In this document: positions 53,241-64,000 of the stretch, piece after piece
Numbering within the stretch: position 1 is the first letter of the stretch
Layout of the letters: each line of letters opens with the position of its first letter
Assembly: GCA_040954595.2 (NCBI GenBank)
Contig: CM082587.2
Location: 6,065,705 to 6,129,704 of the forward strand
Source of the DNA: Balanoglossus misakiensis
Taxonomy: Eukaryota > Animalia > Hemichordata
Reading direction: 5' to 3'
Length of the DNA: 64,000 bases
The notes under the pieces: generated by a model
Told to the model about the DNA's origin: nothing
The model's input: only the letters and a program-made list of their open reading frames with translations
Database searches by the model: none
Translations under genes and position numbers: made by a program

Positions 53241-56200
53241 GGTTAGCTGTGCTGTAAAACCAATAAATATACGATCACACTGGTTTCTGTTTAACGCGTT
53301 CTACCCTTAAAATTATTACAAGAGCTGTATGCTGTACATGTATACATATCCCATTGTCTACGCACGGACCGAACGGTTTACCAGCCACGGTACGGCCAAG
53401 AAGCGTTGGAAAGTGTAACGCTATGCTGGGATACAGTGAATCAGTCACGCCCACATAAACATGACGGAGTAGCCGTACCTATCGGTTCTGTCTGTCGCGT
53501 GCTAACAGAATGTGCAAACGTAAGTCTAGATGGCATCTACGTACAAAAGGAGACCTTACCCGAGATTGTCTCTGTGCGACTGTCGTTGACACGGGTCCCA
53601 CTTGGATCACTTGCTCTTCTGTCAATGTGGAATTGTCTGCGAACGGTATTGAATCATGCGTAACGTGTATTTCACCACCGGGGGTACTACTCCTAGAAAG
53701 TCAAATGTTTTACTATGACATGACATCATCGAGGCCCAGAACTTGCTACAGTAGGTTAAGGTCAAATGAAACTTGGACCAATTCAGTACTGAGTATGACA
53801 TGTTAACTTTGCTTCAATTGAAAAGAGAAACTTGTGAAAGATTGCTCTACGGTTCATTTGGCATCGTTTGGTCAACACTGGAAAATAAAAGTCGCTGAAA
53901 TATTCACAAGTACTGCTCTAACAGAAGGGTTAGAGGTCATAACAGGTAGCAGTTAGCGATGTGTACGATTCGCTGGGGCACGTGCCAAACGTTATATCCC
54001 CCTGACTTTCGACGTTACTCTAAGTGCCGGGTCTGTACAAACTTACAACGTTAAGAGCGGACCTTGCCGGCCTTGTTCAGCGAATCATCTCAAAAGATGT
54101 TTTGTTAGCCTTTGTCGGGGACAACAAAAGCGGACAAAAAACGTTGCGATTGTAGGTGAGGTCAAACCAAGCAGCTGTACATCGCGGGTCGTTGTGTCTC
54201 AGAAATTGAACTGATCGCGAGAGAAAGAACAGCCAACGAAGCGAAAAGTTATCTTGAAAAAAATGACAAAGAAACTGGCGATTGTCAAAAAATGAAGCAA
54301 TGTGGCATCAGTTTGTCTGATAAGAAGCCGTTTTCCTTGAATATATTTTTCTCAGTATTCGTTTCCACGTTTAAGACAAGAGAGTTTATTGTCTCTTCTG
54401 GTTGTGAACTTCGAGTCTGCCAAGGCAACGGGAAGACATAAACTTCGCAGTTTATCGCGAATTTGGAGTGCGCGGTCTCGTGAAAGTATAGTACCCTCCG
54501 CGTTGGTATTTCTCTGACAGAAGTCTGTGAACCTCCTGCTTTTATCCCGTTGTGTTTGGACTTCTAGGTAATTACCTTGGTCTGACCACCAGACCGGGTC
54601 TTTTTTCTTCTGCCACACACAACGTCCAAATTAAGCACACCGCCGTAAAGTGTATTTCCATTTAACCTCTGGTCCACATGTAGTTAAGTGTCCCCCGTCC
54701 GACACAAAGCGACAATTAAACCAGGTCAGTTTGCCAATATATCTAAGCTTATTCTTAGACCGGTTGAAGATGGTCACTGTTTCGAGGCGCCGGGAATTCG
54801 AGTCCTCGATATATTAACCAAGCCTCGCGAAATCTCGTAAGGTAAAAGTGTAGCAGCATCATTTTGTGACAAATCGACACCGAAAAGATACTCCGCATCA
54901 TCGCGAAAACCTCAATTCAGAGTTGGCCTTATTTGCATATGGTTCCATACACACCAAGTCATATACACAATACATGTTACTAATTTAATTTCCTGATTCT
55001 AGCTCTGACTTTATTACAACTGCAAACCCGTATAGTATAGACAAAGTTGAAAGAGTCTGAATACTTATTCCATACACACACACAAATTTATATCCAAATG
55101 ATTTATATATTAAAATATCAAATAGTACTCATTAAAGAAACATATTATTTGCTAACTCACCAAATGTAAATATACAGATCATTTCAATTAAACGTACATT
55201 TCACATAAACTCCAGTGTCCTGTAATACACTTGAAGTTTGACCGCCACCGCTGACCGAAAGAAGAAGGATCATTTCTAGTCCTGAGACTGTCGTGTGATG
55301 GCGCTATTGGAATCAGACCAGTAGCACCACTCATTGAAGAAAGAAAACGACGTGGAACCTTCGTCACACTGGAATACCAGCCGACGTATCCAGAAAGTCA
55401 TATATCCAAAGGCATGGAATAAGGAATGCCAAATTCTAAGAATTCCTCAAGAAATATTCCTTTCGGTTAAAATTCCAATTTAAAACCCAATAAGAAAGTT
55501 TAATACTGATATTATGAATGATAGGCTTAAAATCAATACTCCGACTTCGTAAATGTGATGTATTTATGACAAAATTGAATTACATGTATTGCATTATTTC
55601 ATTTCATGGTAAAAGGTAGAATGTGTATCGAGCATAAAACTTTCGAATAATTAAAAATCAAGTATCAATAAGTGCATTATGATATCCCAGAGTATAGACC
55701 TGAATTCGATGACATCACTGAAAGTGAAGATGTCCAGCATAGCATATACCAGTTGGCCTCTGTAATTTCATACGGAGCCTGCGCAATTATACGTAATAAT
55801 GAGAATACCCACAGCGACTATGATTATAATTTGTGCACAAAATCTCCGTGTATAAAAATCTACTAAGTTTGTAGCTACTGTAATGCAATATAACAACCAC
55901 GTATTTGGAGACAAATGTGCAAGAAAACACGAAAAAAATGCGATTGCGCATGCGGGGTTAATACAGGAGCATACCTGAAGATAATCCGAACATAAACCAA
56001 GGGCTTCCTATGCAAGCGAGGATATCCCGTATGGTGATTGCGATAACCCAGTGCAACGTCGTGAAATTCTACTATATAGTTTGCACCTACAGATACATTG
56101 GAACAAAAAATGAAAAGCGATCCCCTAAGCTAATACATGTAATACGTATTTCAGTTGCATCAATGCTGTGCAGCTCTCCGAAGGGAGAAATACCGGGCGA

Positions 56201-56476
56201 TTTTTCAACAACATGTCGCTGTTTGGTGACGTAACGCGACGTTTGTGAGGGATGTCACGTCCAGCTTGACAGATAGCCAGACCACAGCTGCGACAGCAAT
56301 TGAAACGTTAAAAACCCGCAGTTGGCATTCAGCCGGGAAAACGAATAAATGAACAAAAAAGTTTGAACATAGCTTTGCGGAGAACTAAAAACTAAAATTC
56401 TAAATCCTGTTACTAACAGCAGTCAACATCATAAAGTTGAGTTTAACGCGTCCTCGGAGCGCCCTCTACGCCCTTC

Positions 56477-59400
56477 TTATTTTTTGACGCAATTTTCACA
56501 ACACGGTTTGTCGCCCTTCTTGTAGAAAGAGTCGCCCTCTAAAAGAGTCTTACATTCCTAAAAAGAAAGAAAAACGATATAGCTTTATAAATTTGAGCTG
56601 TTTGTGCCTTAAATCGTTTGCATGACCCCTGCAGTCTTTGCATTTTGTTAGAAAAATATATTTCTTCACTAATACAAACGACTTTTATGAGGTATTATTT
56701 AAAAAATAAAACTGACCGCTACCTGCGAATTTTAGGCCATATTTTCCCCAAATTTATTCAGTTTTATAGGGTGTTATAGCCATATAAATGTCAGAATAAA
56801 TGATGACAAATAAAATTTACGCTGTTTTATCAGGATCCTGTAGCAACCACGTGTTGTTCGAAGGCGCGTGATATCGACAGCGAGTGTGAGTTATTGGGAC
56901 AGGAAGAATAGACAGATTTTAAAGGCAAAGAATGTATGGTAGTTGTAACCACACAAATATCTGTGACACGCTTGATGTGGTGATATAGTACGCCAACTGC
57001 TGTCTTCTCTTTGACGAGAGAGGGCGATAACAGTCGACGGTAGTCCGTGACTGTTCACACGCCGCGGCGTTATTGGATACAATGTAAATGGTTCGGCCCA
57101 GTCACCCCAGTCCCAAATAGCTGCTCCCATGCGCCCCTCGTCCTACCCCATCCCCTACTTACCGCACACTTAAAGCAACCGGGATGCCAGGCGTTGTCCA
57201 AAGCGGTGATCCAGCGCGTTTCTATCATCTCTTTGCAGCCGTGGCATTCCTCGGGCTTCTTCTGTCCACCCATGAACACCTTTTCATAGTCTGAAAGAAA
57301 CAAAGAAAACGTTTGAACAACAACAACAAGGCAGATACACATGAGAGATCCTGTCACACGTACAAGTACACGTATATTCAGTTTAGGGTTGCCCACCGCC
57401 CGCACTTTTAGCGCTTCTATTTGAATACATGTATATTAAAAATTCCATTCCACGACCTACTTTCGGGTTTTCTTGCCAGGCAACAGAGGCCCGACCATCT
57501 GTCTCGGCCGGGTTTCAGTAGCCGAACAAACAGTGTGTTTGTATTCCATACATAAAGTCTAAAAATACAATGAGTTTTGGTTCTAAGGCTTTGCATGATT
57601 TAAATTGCGTAAAAACACGACTGTAACGTCCAGGAGTTCTGCCCACCTTTCTTGCAGTATGGTTTGCCATCTTTAGGAATGAAAGGTCCGTCGAATGGTT
57701 GCTTGCATTCTGTGCAGACGAAACACTTGACGTGCCATTTCTGTTCCATGGCGCTGATAATCTCCTGCAAAATAGCACAAGACGAGAAAACAATTACCTC
57801 CAAGTGAGCAATACTCATAGGGGTCTTGTTATTGTTTTTTTTTCACTTATGGTTATCCTGCAAGCGGTATAGTTGTTCCCGCCCAACTGAAAATTAGATT
57901 TAATTTCTCTACAACCCATATTTCACTAAGCGCGGATGGACATAGACAGAGAGCATGCGAATTCGTCAGCAATTCAAATCTCGATTTCTATCTTGTCCTC
58001 GGTCGAAGGAAATCATCATCATTGCAAATAGTAACAGTTCTTGCGCATGGATGAGATCCTACTTACCCCAACAACAGGGTCGTTGCATTTTCCACATTTC
58101 GCGGCTTCCTTCGATTTAAAACAACTATCGCAGAGTTTTCTGCCGTCCTTGGTCTCGTAGTACCGAGTCATATCCTTGTCGCAGGAACCACATTTAAGCG
58201 GACCACTGTTGGGAAAAAAAGACAACAAAGTTGACAAAAAAGGGACAAGCACATATTCGCGGTTGAGAACTGGATGCCTTTACTATCGTCACGTGGGTTT
58301 CTATTTGACAACACTAGGTAAAGTAACTTACGTTTTCTTTCCGGCATCTCCACCGCCGCCACCTCCGCCAGCACTTGCTGGCTTCACATCGGCAGGATTA
58401 GCCGACCTGAAAGCAGAGATAGTATTATCTTAGCTGCACATTCCCAAAACCCGTCCTTTCGGAGTTTCGATCAGGAAAGGGAGATTGAGTAACGGAGTGA
58501 CTTTCGCTTTTGACAATATGACAAACATTTGCATATGAACTGCACAAGATGTCGTCCACTGACATTTGGCGGGAAAATTCCGGCGCTTCACTCATTCACT
58601 TACCCTTTAAGGACATTGGTGGCGAAGTCGCGCAACATGTTTCCAGGTGGAAGGTAGTTAGCAACAATGAAAATCCTGCCATCTTTACCCTTGGCTTTAC
58701 CCATGCCTACCTCTTTGGTGTCTTTCCACACAACTTGAGTAAAATGACCTATATGCAGACAGGCAGACAGACGGGAAATACGGCTTATATTGTGCGGTAA
58801 AAAATGCATCACAAAAATAATATCATTCTTTGTAATTTTCTTCATTGAACATGTCGATCATACGATAAAGTAAACCGATAATATGTGGAAACGTTCATTG
58901 TAAAAAAAAAATGCGTCCAAAAATGAGATGAATTCTGTAGTATTTAGATTCGAAATCGAAATGAAATGATAACTTTAATTTGCGTTGGCTTCTGGGTAAA
59001 ATTTCTTAAAGTTAAATGGGAGTGGATTTCAACGGAAAACCTTACCAATTCCCGATTTGAATCCAGGATTACTGAAATCATAGTCTCGAATCTCGCTGTA
59101 CCAGTTATCAGTGGCTTGCTCGGCTACAAAATGAAACAAAAAATTAATGAGAGTTAAAGAATCGCTCGTTATTTTAAACGCGCGTAGTCCGCGTGATAAT
59201 ATAATCTAAAAATATATCATTGAGTGTACGTTAAAAATAAACCTCCAGTAAAACGTTTCACGATTTTATGGCGCCAAAAACGATAGAGGTAATGTACATC
59301 ATTGTAGCAGTTGTGCATTCGCCTACCACTGAGAAACACATACATGTACTATATGGCAAATGGTACGCCCGAATTCAAAGTGCGCTATTTTCTACTAATA

Positions 59401-59645
59401 AATGGGTATTTTTTTACCATTGGCCACTCACCAGACATATCATAATTCCCGGTTCCAAATCCAGTGGCGATGTTTTCGCCGAATTCCTTATTTTCACTGT
59501 GTTGAAACTTGCCGGTCTTGGCCAAATGGTCTGCCCACTTCTGCGCATGGTCAGCGCATTTCTTGGACCAGGTCAGAGCTGGCGACCCGTGCACCGCCCT
59601 CAAGCGGTTGTGGACAGCCAAACCTTCTTTGTTGAATTCGTTCAT
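56477..59645 (-). CDS. CAP (GAPR-1/GLIPR2-type) domain + Gly/Ala linker + half-LIM + 2 LIM domains; paralogue B, ~325 aa, 8 coding exons
   Basis: Exons 59645-59432, 59123-59046, 58748-58604, 58406-58332, 58205-58067, 57764-57647, 57290-57163, 56557-56477, with the same intron positions and phases as paralogue A. Motifs HNRLRAVHG, FQHS..FGENIA, WYSEIRDYDF, GHFTQVVW, VANYLPPGN; LIM cysteine/histidine spacing is intact. Confidence 0.88.
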
Positions 59646-62600
59646 CCTTAAAATAGAAAAAAAAATGAGGCGAGATGATGAGTTCGCATTTAAAAAAATT
59701 TAAAGTGACCCCCCGGGTTACTCTTCACAGGTGAGGGTTAGCTGGATGCGATCACGCGTCGATATTTAGCGGCACCATCTTACCACCAGCTATACAATGA
59801 TCGATCGCCCGCAACAAGCATACACACGCCTCCATGCAGGGTGAGGCCATTACGTTGAAAACAGATTGGGGCATTTTACCATATGATCATATTCCTCTCG
59901 ACGAATAATCATATGCTTTTCCAATATTTTTCCCCGTTTTCATCCTTTACGCGATTTCGAAGACTCGAGAGAAATATGGTGAAATTAATTATCAAATTAA
60001 ATATCCGATTGAAAACGTATCAGTCCTAGCAAAATTGCGGCATGTTGATATTTATCATCATATTTGTGATTTGCGGTATTGCTACGGACAATCAGATAAC
60101 AGTGCCGATTCTGATAGGTGAGAAAACAGGACAGTCCATGTTTACGAAAGAAAACAAATATAAAGTGTACCTTGGAAGTACTGTACCGAGCCTGTCCTGT
60201 CGCTGCGTGTTTTCCGTCGCTCTGTGTGGGATCACGTTTTAAACAACCGAGGGGTGCAACCCCTATTTCCGTAATATTGATTGGTGTATCAATTTTTGGG
60301 CATCCATAATGTTATAAATCATAACACCTGGTGTTTTACACGTATTGACATAACCTATTCACCGTCGATTCTGTCGAGGCGTGTCTGTCGCCCTGTTACA
60401 TCGTGCAAAGACAACCCGTTCGTTACAACATGCAGGGACCCCCCTGCCCCTCACCTGCACGGCTTGCTTACGGTCAATATTCTGACGACATCAACGGATT
60501 CTGGCTCGACTGTTACGTAATCGCGCGTTGATAATGAACGAGAAGGACGCATTCAATAGTGTGTTAACCTTATCGATCTATATGTCGGCTCCAACGCAAA
60601 TATAATTGAATTCAACATAGCGGCACAGAAAATATCCCGGATTCACAAATATGAGATTTTTGTCCAGAGTAAAAATAAACATGTAAAAGTATAATTGGTT
60701 TTAATATAACGCATTCCATACCCCAACGGTGTTTATTCTCGTGAAATTGGTTTTCGCGTTTGGAGCAATTATTTCAAGGGGCGTGGGCTTAGTAAGATGT
60801 GTAATTTGCCGACTGGTCACCATGGATATGACAAATATACAACAAGTGGACGTAGTAAAAATGTGTATTGTCCGAGGGCGAACGGGTGATGAGTTCACGA
60901 CACGGGTGTTTATAGCGCTCGGGCGGTACCCACTGCCACGTAAGGGGGGGGGGGGGGGGGGTAGTATTCCTAAATTAATTAACGCAACCACTGCGCATGC
61001 ATTCATTAATTTTCCTCTTATTGCCTCCCGCACTGTCAATCAATGGCGCATACCATTAAAACAACTTTCATCATCTGTCGTCACAGTAACGGTCGCCATC
61101 TTTCAGTTCAATTCTTTTCGAGCGGACTGTGAGGCAATTAATCCACTAATTAAGGCTCTACTCCAGGGCGTTATGTCAAAGTGACAATGGACACATACAA
61201 TGAACTATTACATGTTAAAATTTCACAATTTGGTTTGATGCTAACGTGTCACGTCACGCACGTTGCTTGCTGGTCGCCAGCCAAACCACTCAACCGGCTG
61301 ACGCAGAGCAAGATACACACCTGTCGCCCGCGCATCGTTATAACCCCCTGTTTCCACATGCAGAATAAATTCAGGCAAAACTGGATGCAATTCAGTAGTG
61401 AATGTGGTGCGTGGAACGTTGACGTGACAACCGCGTCCATCTTGTTTGGTCGAAGCTTGTCCGTACCCGCATGACCCGGCGACGACCGTATCGTACCGCA
61501 CCGCTGATTGGCTGTTCTAATTCAACTAAACACTGACACGTACGCCTAATTCGGTTCGTAAATGTCGCATGGACGACACCATATGGTGATACAACGCGTT
61601 AATTTTCCATAAGCCCGTCGAGTTCACGCGACAAACCGATATTTCACTCTCTGGGCCCCATACTGTTTGTTACATGCGAACTGTCACAGACTGAATATCA
61701 TGAAAAAGAGAATTTAACAGTCAATCATAGAAATTACTGTTCTTGAGAACGACGAAGATAAACGACCAGTTAGGCTTTACTATAAAATCACACCGCATAT
61801 AAGGTTAAAAGAAATTAGACGAAAATCAAAAGCTATGTAACCCAAAATATCAGAACAAAAACTTTCTAATTAAAAGGTGGAGAGAATTTAGGTCATCTCG
61901 TATGATTTATTCCGTGCGTCGGACATGCTTGTGTTACTCCGGCAACGTGGGTCATTAACATTTAAAAGACTTGACCGATACCAACCTACCGTCAACACTG
62001 AACGTGGTGTGTGAAATCCGACCAGAAAATCTACCTCGGAAAATTTTGAGGTTTTTTTGGCACCGAAAAAGATCCGACCACTTGTGTCAGATGAACGACA
62101 GGTAGAATGGGAAACGTCACCCTCAATGTTTGACCCTCATTATCACACACCAGAATTTATAGGTTTATGGATGGCTATTTCTGAAGCCCATATTGCTGGA
62201 ATTTTATAGGTATGCAGACAATATGCATAGGAACCGTTCATAGCTGAGGATTTAATGACAAACAGCAATAACAAGTCTGGATCTTACTAAAGGCAAAAAC
62301 CTGACCAACTTTTTTATGAAATGTTTCTTAATATTCACTGAACTGTTGTAACTATAGGTGCACAGGGGTTTGCCATCGTGGTATTAAGTACATGTTGTTA
62401 TTTATGATTGCCGGGTCAACGGAGCAGATTAGCATGGGTGTGTGAGTGCTGGCCAAATCGATTATCCTCTATGAAGGGGCATATATCACTGGAACAAAAA
62501 ATACATTTAAAGGGCGAATCTGACGTTACTGTACTTCACGTCACCGGTTCACTTCGTTGGAATTGTTCCGCGTCAGCACTGAGGCGCCAGCGATTGTTAC

Positions 62601-64000
62601 CGCGATCCAGGTGAGGCCGGTTCCCCCATAAATTATGTGAAACACATACGCGAGCAGTGCCACGTTTATGGGTCTTGCTCGGCACCATAATCCATGGTCG
62701 TTTTGCATCACAGGGCGTCAACTTTCCCCCCTATTTATGTCAGCTTGAACCCCTTTCACGTTGTCCGGAATACCTTTGGCCATGACCTGTAGTCTAGACC
62801 CCCCCCCCCCCCACTCTGTTACTCTAGGAGTGATAATGACCAATCTTGCTCGCTAATGACACGGTTCGTGACCCCGAATTACACACTGACCACGGCGTTC
62901 ATTCCAACGTCGCCTTGACTGCGGAGAAATAAATGTCTTAGTGTGGTTGCCGTATCGAGGTGTGTATTGTAATTAGCAGATGGCCCAAGAGATGATATAT
63001 CCAGATAATACTAGTATATCCACGCCACCTTCATTGCGGCACAAATGAGGTCACTAGTTTTGAAGAGAAACCGAGCAAAATTTCGACAGATGAAGCAGCC
63101 ATCTTGTTGAGCGGGAATTGGCCGCATGTGACTCAAAAATCACACGTTGTAATAAAAATACAGTCGCCCTGGGTTTTTTTCTGGTTAAGCAAACAGATTA
63201 AGTCGATCCATCCTAAAACAGAGCGTGCATAACGGTCTGTTTCTGCAGGAGACAATCCACAGTGCATAATCGGTTTAGGGTCAGATTGTGATTTCGTTTC
63301 TTTGTGTATGAAATGAAGTCGTCATCTTTTGCGAACAAATACATTTTTCGCTGTAACGAAAGTTACTTCCCGAGATTCTAGTGCACACAGGCGGGGCTGA
63401 AATTCTTATCGGGCGTATTTTCACCCATGCGGGGGTGAACTTCTGAAGTCAAACCACCTGTCATGGTGCCCGACCCACCTGAATGAAAAATGCAACAATA
63501 GCTATGTAGAAACAATAACCTACTTCAAGGCAACGGTGCCAACGCGTTACAAAATACACGTAACAATACTGCGCTGCCTGACCTGACACAGCCAATATTT
63601 CAAGTGGCGCAGGTTATCACGCCAAATGTCCAAATCTGCCACACCCCATCAGAATACCAAGTCAACCTCTCGAAGTACACATCATAGATCTGTCTATGTA
63701 CATACTTAACTGAGCGAGCTCAAATACAATGCTACACACCTACATGTCAACCCACACTGACGCCAAACAAAGCCGACCCGAACGCTAGCCACTGACCACA
63801 GTACAGTACTAAACAAGACAATACGAGACAACAAAAGCACAACACAACACAGCTCAGCACAACAAAACGCAAGCATCTGCTACGCAAAAACACAGCCAGT
63901 GCGGTGACTTTTTGGACAGTATTCAGAAATGTACAAAGCCAAACAAAAAGGCGGAAGTAACGAAAAAATAAAGTTTTACATGCATACATCATCGCCATGG

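Noticed and set aside
49618-58604. In-frame stop directly after the CAP exon in both paralogues (suggesting a dedicated CAP-only isoform)
   Set aside because: Any phase-2 intron starting GTAA/GTAG gives this stop automatically, so it is not evidence for a CAP-only isoform without poly(A) data.
63747-63998. 83-aa Cys/Val/Leu-rich minus-strand ORF
   Set aside because: Derived from low-complexity ACAAC/ACAGC pentamer-like sequence; possibly the 3' UTR of a gene beyond the right edge.

Overview
Eukaryotic, intron-rich genomic DNA from an invertebrate animal. A non-model bilaterian such as a lophotrochozoan is plausible, but that is inference. Bases ~1-22,000 contain no recognisable protein-coding exon, only repeats, a TIR-bounded non-autonomous DNA transposon with a 9-bp TSD, and many putative cis-regulatory motifs. 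Bases 22.5-59.6 kb hold seven genes reconstructed by hand from GT-AG splice sites: a 2-exon WD40 protein with an acidic repetitive tail (+), ACBD6 (-), TMEM250 (+), BAG6 (-, 23 coding exons), UBAC1/KPC2 (+, 11 coding exons), and two tandem paralogues (-). Each paralogue encodes an intracellular GAPR-1/GLIPR2-type CAP domain fused through a linker to a half-LIM plus two paxillin-like LIM domains. The CAP-LIM fusion pair is the most unusual element. The ACBD6/TMEM250/BAG6/UBAC1 cluster also looks like an unduplicated 'proto-MHC paralogon' microsynteny block. All exon coordinates were read by eye, without RNA evidence or database searches.
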